Notes under the pieces: generated by a model
Databases searched by the model: none
What the model was told of the DNA's origin: nothing
What the model saw: only the letters and a program-made list of their open reading frames with translations
Shown here: positions 24,191-34,048 of the stretch, piece by piece
How positions within the stretch are numbered: the stretch's first letter is position 1
Layout: each line of letters starts with the position of its first letter
Virus record (IMG/VR): IMGVR_UViG_3300037424_000334
Location: 1 to 53,663 of that record
DNA: 53,663 nt
Strand: one strand, 5' to 3'
Source: a virus
Lineage: Duplodnaviria > Caudoviricetes
Position numbers and translations under genes: made by a program

Positions 24191-24817
24191 ATGAGCTTTC
24201 ACAATGTACGACTTCCGGAAGACATCGAGAAGGGCGCAGAGGGCGGACCCGGCTTCAACACGACCGTGCTCAAGCTCTCATCCGGCTACGAGCGCCGTAA
24301 CATCAACTGGGAGCGCGAGCTTGGCGAGTGGGACATTGCCTACGGCATCCAGCACAAGGAAGACCTCGACGCGGTTATGAACTTCTTCTACGTGCGGCGC
24401 GGCAAGGCATACGGATTCCGTTTCAAGGACTGGTCGGACTTCGAGATCGGAGCAACCGGAAGCCCGCACACCATCGCGACCGGCGACGGGGCTACGGCGG
24501 CGCATCAGGTTTACAAGACCTACACCGATGCGGGCGGCACGTTCCAGCGCAAGATCACTCGCCTCGATCCCGATTTCCCTATCCAGGTGTACGTGGACGG
24601 CGTTCTGAAGACGCTCACCACGCACTACACCGTGGACTACGACACAGGAATCATCACCTTCACAGGCGGCAACATCCCTACTCTCGGCCAAGTGATCGCG
24701 GTTATCGCGTGGTTCGACGTGCCGGTGCGCTTCGACATCGACAAGCTGCGCGTCCGCATGGAGTGGGAGGACGCGATGGAGATTCCGAACATCCCCATCG
24801 TAGGCATCAAGGAGTAA
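24191..24817 (+). CDS. distal tail protein DUF2460 (RcGTA g12-like)
   Basis: MSFH.VRLP..I..GA.GGP.F.T; G..YGFRFKDWSD; FDVPVRFD.D. Confidence 0.92.
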   Translation: MSFHNVRLPEDIEKGAEGGPGFNTTVLKLSSGYERRNINWERELGEWDIAYGIQHKEDLDAVMNFFYVRRGKAYGFRFKDWSDFEIGATGSPHTIATGDGATAAHQVYKTYTDAGGTFQRKITRLDPDFPIQVYVDGVLKTLTTHYTVDYDTGIITFTGGNIPTLGQVIAVIAWFDVPVRFDIDKLRVRMEWEDAMEIPNIPIVGIKE

Positions 24818-24820
24818 CTT

Positions 24821-26263
24821 ATGCCGAAAACTATTTCCGTAGGGCTCGATTCGCATCTTCAGGGAATCGTAACCACGTTGGCACGGTGCTGGAAGATCAC
24901 GCGCCGCGACCAGACGGAGTTTTTCTTCACCGACCACGACGTTGCGATTGAGTTCCCGGTAGGCAGCGGCGACATCTACATCGCGTGGGGCGGGTTCAAT
25001 TCCACCGCCGTCGCGAACAACGCATCGCTAAACGTGGACAATCTCACCGCCTCCGGGTTCTTCGACGACGCCACCATCACCGACGAGGACATCAAGGCGG
25101 GCCTGTTCGACTATGCTGAGGTCCGGCTGTTCGTCGTGAACTGGGCCGATCTCTCGCAGAACGAGCTTAAGATGCGCCGTGGCTGGCTGGGCGAAATCGT
25201 GACTTCGCCGTCCGGCATGTTCAAGACCGAGCTTCGCGGCATGACCCAGGTCCTCGCGCAGACGATCATCGAACTGTTCGGGCCGGAGTGCCGCGCCGAC
25301 CTTGGTGACTCTCGCTGCAAGATTCCCATTGACCCGGCTGTGCGGTTGAACGCCACCGTGTACGAGGAGGGCGACTTCATCAAGGTTGCTACCGCCGCAG
25401 GTACCGACTACTCTGTGTATGAGAACGTGATCTACGTCGCGCTCAACGACGGGACCACGGCGGGTTCGCCACCGGCATTCGATACGACGCCGGGTAACAC
25501 GACACAGGACGGCGGCGTGGCCGCGACCGGAACGCTTACGCTCACCGGCAATGCCGCGAACACGAACACCGTCACGACCGGAGATAAAGTTTACACTTTC
25601 CAAACGGTTCTCACGGACGTGGACGGGAACGTCCTCATCGGCGCTACGGCGAGCGACAGCATCGACAATCTCATCGCGGCCATCAACCTCGGCGCGGGCT
25701 CCGGCACGGTGTACGCGGCTTCCACGACGGCTAACGGCTACGTGAGCGCGGCGGCTGGCGCTGGTGACACCATGGACGTTACGGCCCTCGTCTCCGGGGA
25801 CGCTGGCAACGACATCGCCACAACGGACAACAATGCGAACATGGCCTGGGGCGGCGCATCACTTAGCGGCGGCATCAGCGGCGTTCTGTGGGAGGCCGTG
25901 ACGGCATGGTCGCGCGATTTCGAAGTGGCGACGGTCACGGACCGTTTGGAGTTCACGATCACAGTAACGGAGCCCCGCGCGGTGGACGGCTGGTTCGACG
26001 GCGGCGTGGTCGTGTTTGATGGTACCAGCGACAATGCAGGCCGTGCTTTCGAGATCAAAACCTGGGACCAAAGCAGCGGGCAAGTCGTCCTGTTCCTGCC
26101 GGTTGGCTTTGACATCCAAGTAGGCGATACTGGGCACATCTACCCAGGGTGCGACAAACGAATGGTCACATGCCGGGACAAGTTCAATAACATCCTCAAC
26201 CGTCGCGCCGAGGACTACCTGCCTGGACGTGACGGGGCCTTGGAGACCCCGAATGCCCACTAG
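24821..26263 (+). CDS. baseplate hub DUF2163/BR0599 (RcGTA g13-like) with insertions
   Basis: TTLARCWKITRRD..FTDHD; CRADLGD.RC; GCDKR...C..KFNN..N. Confidence 0.92.
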   Translation: MPKTISVGLDSHLQGIVTTLARCWKITRRDQTEFFFTDHDVAIEFPVGSGDIYIAWGGFNSTAVANNASLNVDNLTASGFFDDATITDEDIKAGLFDYAEVRLFVVNWADLSQNELKMRRGWLGEIVTSPSGMFKTELRGMTQVLAQTIIELFGPECRADLGDSRCKIPIDPAVRLNATVYEEGDFIKVATAAGTDYSVYENVIYVALNDGTTAGSPPAFDTTPGNTTQDGGVAATGTLTLTGNAANTNTVTTGDKVYTFQTVLTDVDGNVLIGATASDSIDNLIAAINLGAGSGTVYAASTTANGYVSAAAGAGDTMDVTALVSGDAGNDIATTDNNANMAWGGASLSGGISGVLWEAVTAWSRDFEVATVTDRLEFTITVTEPRAVDGWFDGGVVVFDGTSDNAGRAFEIKTWDQSSGQVVLFLPVGFDIQVGDTGHIYPGCDKRMVTCRDKFNNILNRRAEDYLPGRDGALETPNAH

Positions 26264-26681
26264 AGACGAGTTCATCGCGCAGGCACGCACGCACATCGGG
26301 ACGCCCTTCAAGCATCAGGGGCGTTTGCCCGGTATTGCGCTCGACTGCGTAGGGCATCTCGTGCTCGCCCTGAGCGCCATTGGCGTGCCGGTCGTGGACA
26401 CGAAGAACTACCGCCGTCACGCCGACTGGCCGGTGTTCATGGCGAAGCTGCGCGACCACGGCGAGTTCATCGGCGCGAGCCGTGAAGCCGTGCGGCCCGG
26501 CTGCATCCTCGCGCTCAAGGACGGCAAGTACCAGACGCACTGCGCCATCGCCGCGTTCAAGAACGGCGAGATGACGATCATCCACGCCTATGAGCCCTAC
26601 GGCAAGACTGTCGAGGAGCGCTTGACCTCCGCGCATAACGTGAAAGCCGTCTTCTGGCCGAACGGAGTGACCGATGGGTAA
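26253..26681 (+). CDS. NlpC/P60 tail peptidase (RcGTA g14-like)
   Basis: AR..IGTPF.HQGR.PG..LDC.G; H.A...IIHAY. Confidence 0.9.
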   Translation: MPTRDEFIAQARTHIGTPFKHQGRLPGIALDCVGHLVLALSAIGVPVVDTKNYRRHADWPVFMAKLRDHGEFIGASREAVRPGCILALKDGKYQTHCAIAAFKNGEMTIIHAYEPYGKTVEERLTSAHNVKAVFWPNGVTDG

Positions 26682-29600
26682 AATTGCGGTCACCATCATC
26701 GGCACTGTTGTCGGCGCGTACTTCGGCTATCCGCAACTCGGATTCTTGCTTGGGTCGCTCGTCGGCACGCTTGCGTTCCCGGACAAGGGTCCGAACATGA
26801 GCGGGCCTCGCCTCGACAATCTCATGGTCACGTCTTCGACGTATGGCCAGCCGATTCCGATTGTCTACGGTACGTTCCGCCTTGCGGGCAACATGATCTG
26901 GTCTAATGGAATCCGCGAAGTTGTCAGCAACGAAAGTGCGGGCGGCAAGGGAGGCGGCGGAGCCACGATTACGAATTACTCCTACCGGTGGTCAGGCGCA
27001 ATCGCAATCTGTTCTGCACCTGTGACAGGCATCGGCGGGCTTCTGCGTATTTGGGCGGACAGCAAAGTCGTGTACGATGCAACTGGCGCATCGCCCATCA
27101 TGAATAAGGATGGGTTCGTCTTCCGCATGTACCTCGGCGATGAGGAGCAGATGCCGGACCCGGCGTGGGAAGCCGCTGTCGGCGCGGGCAACCTCAGCGC
27201 CAATCGCGGCATCGCGTACATTGTGTTCGACGACATCCCGCTGCAAGACTATGGCAACCGCATCCCGAACTTCACTTTCGAAGTCGCGGGCACCGGAGCG
27301 ATTCCGGACACGACAACTGCGGATGCGGTCGCGAACATCGACACCTCTATCAGCCAGGGGCTCACGAACATTCTCATCCCGGACTGGGACCATAATGTGT
27401 TCTACCGGTTCCACCAGACGGACGGCATCCGAGTTTACAACATTTCGGACCGGCAAGAGATTCGTCGCGCGTCTGCGGATGAGGTCCTTGAACCGGATGC
27501 AGACTTCAGCCTCTCGTTCGGAGGTGCGGTGACCGTGGACAGCGCGGGCATGATCTACGCTGCGCTGTCCTTCCCCAGCAACAGCCGCCCCATCGCGGTT
27601 ATCAGCGGAAGCACTCTCCGCGAGATTGACCGTGCTACTCCGGGCAACGTCAACGGCCTCGATCCATCGGTAGACATGCCCGCTGCAAGTATCCTCTGCG
27701 TCTCCGAAGTGGCGACTCTTCTCGGACCCGCGCGGTGGCTGACTTCCTCCACGTTCCAGGGGGACTTGCAGTTCTTCGCGGCCTACCCGAATCCGCTCAC
27801 GTTCATCGGGTACAAGGCTATGGACCATGCCGACACTTTGGTGGTCGGCGGAAACCCGGAAGGCACGGGAGCCGTGGTATACGCGGCCACTTTCGACACC
27901 AGCGAAATCCAAATCCACAAGGTCATCATCCAGTCGAGCGCGTCGAACACGTTCAACAGCAGCGATAGCTCGAACTCCGGCCTCACCTCAACTCTGGTCG
28001 CCACGCTTCAGCCGCCGGACATCGAGAACTGGACTCACTTCCAAGATGTCGAGGGGATGTTTTGGGACGAGAAAGCTGAGCGCCTGTATCTCTATGTGAC
28101 CGGCCTGCGTGTTTCGTTCCTCGCTCCGAACAACAAGGACGTGCTTGTTCGGTTCAACCCGGAAACAGGCCTCGTCGAGAGAGTGTACACACTGGAAGGC
28201 GCAGCGGGCCTCAAGTTCAACAACACTGCGCAGGGTACGCTCCACAATCGGATCACCGACGAGCGCCTCGCCATCATTCGCGACAGCGGTGCCAACATCG
28301 CCAACGTGCAGGTTATCGACCTCGCCACGGGGGTGACGGAGGACACCGGCCCGTACAGCGTTATCTCCAGCAGTTCCGCCCAGGTCTACAACGGAAGCAC
28401 CGGGGAGATCATTCACGCGGTCACGCTCAACCCTGCGGGCACCGAAACCAACGTCATCATCTCGACAGGTCGTCGCATCGGCGTTCCGGCGCTCTTGTCG
28501 GACATCGTTACGGACCTCTGCGGGCGCGCGGGGTTGGAGCCCACGGACATCGACGTAACCGAACTCATCGACGAGGTGCCGGGCTACCTCATCAACGCGC
28601 AGATGTCCGTCCGCTCGGCAATTGAACCACTGGCCGTGGCATACAAGTTCGACGGAGTGGAAAGCGACTACTTGCTTAAATTCCTCAAGCGGGGCCGTGC
28701 CTCCACTCTCACGATCACGCAGGACAAGCTGAAGTTCATCGACGAGAACTCGGGCGATGTCATCCGCGAAACCCGTGTGCAGGAAGTGGACATGCCGGAG
28801 CGCGTCAGCGTCGTGTACGCGGACCCCGACCGTGACTACCAGCAGAGCACGCAGACGAGCAAGCGCATCACCAATCCGACGCCGACGATGTTCACGAAGA
28901 ACCAAGCGACGATGACGCTCCCCATCTCGCTCAGCGCGACCTTCGCGAAGCAATTGTCGTACACGATGCTCAACGTGTCGTGGATCGAGCGCATCGCCAC
29001 AGAGTTCCAGACCGGCTGGGAGTATCTCAAGCTCGATCCGGTGGACTCCATCACAATCAATCTGGACAACGGAACGGTCTATCGCGTTCGGCTTATCCAG
29101 GCTGACGTTGGCGTGGATTTGTCGAGCCAGTTCCAGGCCGTGAACGAGAAGGCGGCAGCGTACACTTCGGCGGCGGCCCTGGCGGGTGATACCGGCGGCT
29201 TCGAGTCTCCTGTGGTTCCGTCCATCAGCCTCACTCGCACGTTCATTTTCGATTCCCCGATGCTGCGCGACCAGGACGACCCCGGCCAGTTGCAGACGAT
29301 CATGTACTGCATGGCCGGAAACTATGGGCAGCCGAATTGGCCCGGCGCGGAGGTGCAGAAAAGCGTTGACGGGTCCTTCTACACTCGCGTCAGCGAAATC
29401 TTCACGAACTGCGCTTGGGGCGCGTGCGTCAACACGCTTGGCGATCCTGTGGGCAGTGCCTTCCTCACGGACGAGACGAACACGCTGTCGGTGTATATGT
29501 TCTCCGGAGCGTCCCAGCTTGAGAGTGTTACGCAGACGGAGATGGTGAACGGCGCGAACGGCGCGATGGTCATCAATCTCGACACGGGCATCATGGAGGT

Positions 29601-30201
29601 CATTCAGTTTCGCGACGTGTCGCAGAACACTGACGGCACGTATTTGCTTGAAGGACTTCTGCGCGGGCGTCGTGGCACGGACACCTACGCCTACACGCAC
29701 TCGGGCGAGGAGTTCTTCATCCTCCTCACTGATGCCGCCGTGGAGGCGTTCAAACTCGGCCTCGGCGAGATCGACGCAGAGCGTTACTACAAGGGCATCC
29801 AGTTCGGCACGCTGTTCGAGGACGCTGACGTGCAGGCGATCACGTCCATCGGTCGCCCGCTGATGCCTTACGCCCCGGTGAACTACGAGGTCGTGGACAA
29901 CGCCGGAGACTACGACATCACATGGGAGCGCCGCACGCGGCTGGCAGGCGACCTCTTGGATGGCGTCGGCGACGTGCCGTTGGGCGAAGTGACGGAATCG
30001 TATGAGGTGGACATCTACGATGGCACGGGCACCACTGTGCTCCGCACGCTCACGTCCATCACGACCGATGTGACTTACACCTCGGCCAACATCACCACGG
30101 ATTTCGGCACGCCTCCGGCTACGCTCATCATTTCCGTCTACCAAATGAGCGGGGCCGTGGGTCGGGGATTTGCCTACAAGACAGAAGTGACGGTGGCGTA
30201 A
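26674..30201 (+). CDS. central tail-tip/megatron (gpJ-like) protein
   Basis: GPRL..L....S.YG.PIP.VYG..R.AGN.IW; RIWAD; YGNRIPNF.FEV; LLRGRRGT; W.RR.R. Confidence 0.9.
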   Translation: MGKIAVTIIGTVVGAYFGYPQLGFLLGSLVGTLAFPDKGPNMSGPRLDNLMVTSSTYGQPIPIVYGTFRLAGNMIWSNGIREVVSNESAGGKGGGGATITNYSYRWSGAIAICSAPVTGIGGLLRIWADSKVVYDATGASPIMNKDGFVFRMYLGDEEQMPDPAWEAAVGAGNLSANRGIAYIVFDDIPLQDYGNRIPNFTFEVAGTGAIPDTTTADAVANIDTSISQGLTNILIPDWDHNVFYRFHQTDGIRVYNISDRQEIRRASADEVLEPDADFSLSFGGAVTVDSAGMIYAALSFPSNSRPIAVISGSTLREIDRATPGNVNGLDPSVDMPAASILCVSEVATLLGPARWLTSSTFQGDLQFFAAYPNPLTFIGYKAMDHADTLVVGGNPEGTGAVVYAATFDTSEIQIHKVIIQSSASNTFNSSDSSNSGLTSTLVATLQPPDIENWTHFQDVEGMFWDEKAERLYLYVTGLRVSFLAPNNKDVLVRFNPETGLVERVYTLEGAAGLKFNNTAQGTLHNRITDERLAIIRDSGANIANVQVIDLATGVTEDTGPYSVISSSSAQVYNGSTGEIIHAVTLNPAGTETNVIISTGRRIGVPALLSDIVTDLCGRAGLEPTDIDVTELIDEVPGYLINAQMSVRSAIEPLAVAYKFDGVESDYLLKFLKRGRASTLTITQDKLKFIDENSGDVIRETRVQEVDMPERVSVVYADPDRDYQQSTQTSKRITNPTPTMFTKNQATMTLPISLSATFAKQLSYTMLNVSWIERIATEFQTGWEYLKLDPVDSITINLDNGTVYRVRLIQADVGVDLSSQFQAVNEKAAAYTSAAALAGDTGGFESPVVPSISLTRTFIFDSPMLRDQDDPGQLQTIMYCMAGNYGQPNWPGAEVQKSVDGSFYTRVSEIFTNCAWGACVNTLGDPVGSAFLTDETNTLSVYMFSGASQLESVTQTEMVNGANGAMVINLDTGIMEVIQFRDVSQNTDGTYLLEGLLRGRRGTDTYAYTHSGEEFFILLTDAAVEAFKLGLGEIDAERYYKGIQFGTLFEDADVQAITSIGRPLMPYAPVNYEVVDNAGDYDITWERRTRLAGDLLDGVGDVPLGEVTESYEVDIYDGTGTTVLRTLTSITTDVTYTSANITTDFGTPPATLIISVYQMSGAVGRGFAYKTEVTVA

Positions 30202-30262
30202 CGGGTTGATTTGATTGTGACGGACGGTGTACTCTTGGATGATCGCGCAGAGGTGAAGTGAC

Positions 30263-30544
30263 ATGAACAAGCTCTATGACTTGGAAATCGACCTGTCGTC
30301 CAACGACGGCGGGCTCCCGCGCGACAGCTTTAAGGACTGGATGCGCGTCCATTTGCACGGCCATGCGGTGGAGCGCAAGGTGTCGCTGCCGCCGGTAATC
30401 GGCTCCGTGTACTTCCACAACACAGGCGGGGACGATGTCGTCCTTCGGCGCGGTGCGGCGCTTCCCATCCGCGTGGCGCGCGGGTCCATCATCCACGTCA
30501 TGCTGGATGGCTCCGCCGCTGGCATGTGGAAAGTGGAGGGGTAA
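30263..30544 (+). CDS. hypothetical protein
   Basis: GAGGTG RBS; fills the gap before the fibre gene. Confidence 0.6.
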   Translation: MNKLYDLEIDLSSNDGGLPRDSFKDWMRVHLHGHAVERKVSLPPVIGSVYFHNTGGDDVVLRRGAALPIRVARGSIIHVMLDGSAAGMWKVEG

Positions 30545-30547
30545 TCT

Positions 30548-31360
30548 GTGGGTAACCTGAACCTCACCGCTGTTGCGGCAAACCAGAATCAGAAGGAAGT
30601 CACGATCAACGACGCCGACGCGGCAATCGAATCCGCGTTGACTGAGACGCTGAGCATTGATCTGTCGGCAGGCAATCACACGCTCTCAAGTGCTGAGTAT
30701 ACCCGGAACTTCGGTTTCGTGACTACAGGCAATGCGGTATCGCGTGATCTCACCACTCCTGCTGTGGAGCGGACGGTGTGGATTAAGAACAGCGGCTCCG
30801 CAACGCTCAATATCAAGAGGGGCACGACGACTCTCACTCTCGCTGCTAGCGGATACGCTTTTTTCTACACGGACGGCACGGCGAACGGAATTGAGAAAGT
30901 GGACGTGACGCTGGGCGGCACCAATACTTTCTTGGCGCTGAGCGATACGCCAGCGAACTACACTTCTGCAAGCCGGAAGATTCTTCGGGTTAACGCTGCG
31001 GCGGATGCGGTGGAATTTGTGGACATGAGCTACACCCTGGCGTTCTACCAGGAAGCGCTTATGACAAATGCGCAGATGGTGTACAAGTTCATCGCCGTCG
31101 TTCCTTTCACGCTCCCGTCAGGGCTGTCTGGATCGCAAGCTCATGCGGAAGCGGCGTCCACCGGCAATGTCAATTTCGACATCCGAAAGAATGGCTCTGA
31201 CGTGGGAGACATCGTGTTCAATATTTCCGCTTCTGGCACGTTCACGCTCAGTAGCGACCAATCGTTCAGCGCGGGCGACCGGCTGACTATCACAGGCCCG
31301 GCTACTGCGGACGCGACCTTGGCAGGCGTGGCCGTGTCGCTCAAGGGCTATCTGACTTAA
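30548..31360 (+). CDS. tail fibre with DUF2793-like N-terminal anchor
   Basis: NL....ANQ.QKEVTINDA; FLALSDTP.NY motif; C-terminal beta-sandwich. Confidence 0.75.
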   Translation: MGNLNLTAVAANQNQKEVTINDADAAIESALTETLSIDLSAGNHTLSSAEYTRNFGFVTTGNAVSRDLTTPAVERTVWIKNSGSATLNIKRGTTTLTLAASGYAFFYTDGTANGIEKVDVTLGGTNTFLALSDTPANYTSASRKILRVNAAADAVEFVDMSYTLAFYQEALMTNAQMVYKFIAVVPFTLPSGLSGSQAHAEAASTGNVNFDIRKNGSDVGDIVFNISASGTFTLSSDQSFSAGDRLTITGPATADATLAGVAVSLKGYLT

Positions 31361-31373
31361 AGGAGAGGGACAA

Positions 31374-31955
31374 ATGCAGAAGTTCAGAGTGAATACGGGC
31401 GAGGCACAGATTCTTCACGAGCGCCTGTTCAAGACCGTAGACAGCCAGTGGGGCACGCTCGTCGAACGCGAGGAGCACGACATCAGCGAAGGCTACGACC
31501 TGAATGACCAGTCGAAGCGCCTTAACCTGTACCGGACATTGCGCGCTTTGGAAGGCAAGGACTACACCGTGAAGATCACGCGCGCCAGACTTGATACGTG
31601 CAATTGCACTCTCACGTACATTTGGACCACCGAGGAGGACCAGAACACGCGGCAGCACCACATGCACAAGTCGGAGAAGGTCTGCGGAGGCCACAAGCAT
31701 CTTGAACCCCATAGCAAGAGCCATTTCGACGAGGTGTTCGGCGAGAACAAGCACAAGAACATCTCCATTGCGGTGGTGGCTGCGCAGCTTGGCGTAGAGG
31801 AGCACGAAATCGAATGGGAGTTGGACCACAAGAATAACCGCGCACTCGTGTTGAGCCATCCTAAGCTGAGTGATGGGCAGGCTGCCGGTCGCGCAGAGAT
31901 TGCGCTTTTCAATCACCCGGACACGAAAAATCGTCCTGTTCGACTCAAGAGATGA
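31374..31955 (+). CDS. Cys/His-rich hypothetical protein (possible fibre chaperone)
   Basis: DTCNC...C..H motif; lies between two fibre genes. Confidence 0.65.
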   Translation: MQKFRVNTGEAQILHERLFKTVDSQWGTLVEREEHDISEGYDLNDQSKRLNLYRTLRALEGKDYTVKITRARLDTCNCTLTYIWTTEEDQNTRQHHMHKSEKVCGGHKHLEPHSKSHFDEVFGENKHKNISIAVVAAQLGVEEHEIEWELDHKNNRALVLSHPKLSDGQAAGRAEIALFNHPDTKNRPVRLKR

Positions 31956-31958
31956 CCC

Positions 31959-33179
31959 GTGGGCACTGTAACTCTCGTAGGCGGCGGACGTGGGGACCCG
32001 GTCAACCATCCGGCGGCTTCCACCACTAGCTACATCTTGACATTTGGCTATGCGTGGTCAACGGCCACCGAGGCTAATACTCAGTGGACGATTCAGGTCG
32101 CTGGCGACTTCACCAGCTTCGGTGCCCGTGTTGCCGGAAACACATGCAGCACTACTACGACTCTGCGGTTCCGTATTAACGGCGCTAATGCCAACAATGT
32201 CATCTCTGTTTCAGGCAGTTCAAACGGCTGGTTTGAAGATGTCACACCCAACACGGACACCGTGGCTCCTGGTGACTTGATCGGAATGACCATCACCAGG
32301 GGTACGGGGGCGGGGAACTTCTTCCTCGGCAACCCTAACATCTCTTTCGAAGCAGCTAGTGGCTCTGTTAGCTTCTTGGGCTGGTCGTCGGACTTGGTGT
32401 CGGGGCTGAACCACTCCGCCGCGAGCACTACTACCGAGCAGACTTGTTTCGGCGGTGACAGCGAAGCTACCAATGCGAACGCTCGCGTTGATCTCGAAGC
32501 TGCGGGAACTGCGTCGGATTTCGAACTGCGAGTTCTGTCTAACGCGCGTAGCACTACGACCACCGGCAACTTCTATATCAATGGCTCGGCGGTGAACCAG
32601 ACGGTATCCGTCACTGCTTCTTCAACGGGATTGTTTCAAGATACGACTAACACTGACGCCATTGTGGCGACGAACGACGTGTCGTTTGGATTGGTCACCG
32701 GCACTGGAACGGGCAACTTCTTTATCCAATGGTACCGCGCCCACATGACGAACACCACGTCGGCATTCGACATCGGTTGGGCGCGCATGACCGGCTCCAC
32801 ACTGCTGTACCAGCCTATCATGGGGAACGACGCTACCAACACGCTCTCGGACGCAGAATCCGCTGTCCCGTTCGCTTGTACCGCTTTGAATCTTCGTGTG
32901 CGTTTGACAGGTGCCGGTCATAGTGCGTATACATTGAGTCTTTCAATCAACGGGTCGGCAGGTAGCCAAGCGGTATCTGTAACGGCTGCTACGACAGGAG
33001 TGTTCTCAGACCTTGTGAACACCGATCCCCTCAATGATGGAGACGATCTCGCTTATGTGAAAAGCACAGCCACAATCACACAGCAGCGGTGGATCGCGAT
33101 GACGGTTGATCCCGGAAGTGGAATCACTCCGGGCAATGGCCCTGAAGTCCACCACTACAACACAGTCATCCTGGGGTAA
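31959..33179 (+). CDS. putative receptor-binding protein with 3 internal repeats
   Basis: Three ING...SV.....G.F.D..NTD repeats; visibly lower GC3 than neighbours. Confidence 0.7.
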   Translation: MGTVTLVGGGRGDPVNHPAASTTSYILTFGYAWSTATEANTQWTIQVAGDFTSFGARVAGNTCSTTTTLRFRINGANANNVISVSGSSNGWFEDVTPNTDTVAPGDLIGMTITRGTGAGNFFLGNPNISFEAASGSVSFLGWSSDLVSGLNHSAASTTTEQTCFGGDSEATNANARVDLEAAGTASDFELRVLSNARSTTTTGNFYINGSAVNQTVSVTASSTGLFQDTTNTDAIVATNDVSFGLVTGTGTGNFFIQWYRAHMTNTTSAFDIGWARMTGSTLLYQPIMGNDATNTLSDAESAVPFACTALNLRVRLTGAGHSAYTLSLSINGSAGSQAVSVTAATTGVFSDLVNTDPLNDGDDLAYVKSTATITQQRWIAMTVDPGSGITPGNGPEVHHYNTVILG

Positions 33180-33183
33180 GGCC

Positions 33184-33516
33184 ATGGCGCACGACAAGAA
33201 CGAAAGCTATTTCCACGGCGGCGGCATCATCGAGAAGACGCTGCGGTTCCTCAACCTGCTGGAGCCGGGGCACATGGTCCTGTCGCTCTCGAAGCTCGCG
33301 ATGTGGGCGAGCGGAGGAGTGCTGTCGTTTGTCGTCCTCGCCGACCCCTCGCCGACCACGGTGGCCGACCTCGCCGGGGCAGCGACCATGGCCGGGGGAG
33401 CCGTGGCCAACTATGGCTATCGCCGGTATTCGATGTACGCGAACGGGCAGAACCCCTACCCGCGCGCCACCCCGTTCATCCCGCCGAGCGATCCGCCCGG
33501 CTCCATGGAGGCTTAG
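33184..33516 (+). CDS. holin-like membrane protein
   Basis: Two hydrophobic segments; directly upstream of endolysin. Confidence 0.55.
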   Translation: MAHDKNESYFHGGGIIEKTLRFLNLLEPGHMVLSLSKLAMWASGGVLSFVVLADPSPTTVADLAGAATMAGGAVANYGYRRYSMYANGQNPYPRATPFIPPSDPPGSMEA

Positions 33517-33518
33517 CC

Positions 33519-33986
33519 ATGCGACAAATTGACCTCATCGTGATCCATTGCTCCGCGACCCACGCCGGGAAGGACTTTCGCGCCGCCGACATCGACAAGT
33601 GGCACCGTGCGAAAGGCTGGAACGGCATCGGCTATCACTTCGTCATCGACCTCGACGGCACAATTGAGACGGGCCGTCCGCTGGAGGTCGTTGGATCGCA
33701 TGTCCAGGGCCACAATTCGCGCAGCATCGGCATCGTATACATCGGCGGGCTTGGCGTGCTCGGCAGCCCGATGGATACGCGCACGCCTATGCAGCAGGCT
33801 TCCATGCTCAACCTCGTGACTCAGCTTCATCGGCAATTCCCCAACGCGCGCATCGTCGGCCATCGTGATCTGTCGCCGGACAAGGACGGGGACGGAATGG
33901 TCGAGCGTTGGGAGTGGATGAAGGAATGCCCATCGTTCGATGTCGGACAATGGGTAGAGGAAACGGGCATTTTGCGCGCGATGTGA
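33519..33986 (+). CDS. endolysin, N-acetylmuramoyl-L-alanine amidase (T7 lysozyme-like)
   Basis: IVIHCSAT, IGYHFVI, GSHVQGHNSRSIGI, GHRD, KECPSFDV. Confidence 0.95.
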   Translation: MRQIDLIVIHCSATHAGKDFRAADIDKWHRAKGWNGIGYHFVIDLDGTIETGRPLEVVGSHVQGHNSRSIGIVYIGGLGVLGSPMDTRTPMQQASMLNLVTQLHRQFPNARIVGHRDLSPDKDGDGMVERWEWMKECPSFDVGQWVEETGILRAM

Positions 33987-34048
33987 CGGGTTGCGGAATC
34001 TACTCGGGTAGGGGTACACTGACACAACCTAATCCGCAGGAGGACCCC

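Noticed and set aside
11575-25873. 117-aa module as an intein or DGR target
   Set aside because: No Cys/Ser start or His-Asn end, no reverse transcriptase, and differences are not adenine-specific.
14988-30270. Long minus-strand ORFs (548, 639, 693, 760 aa)
   Set aside because: Antisense shadows of high-GC3 structural genes; no motifs or RBS.
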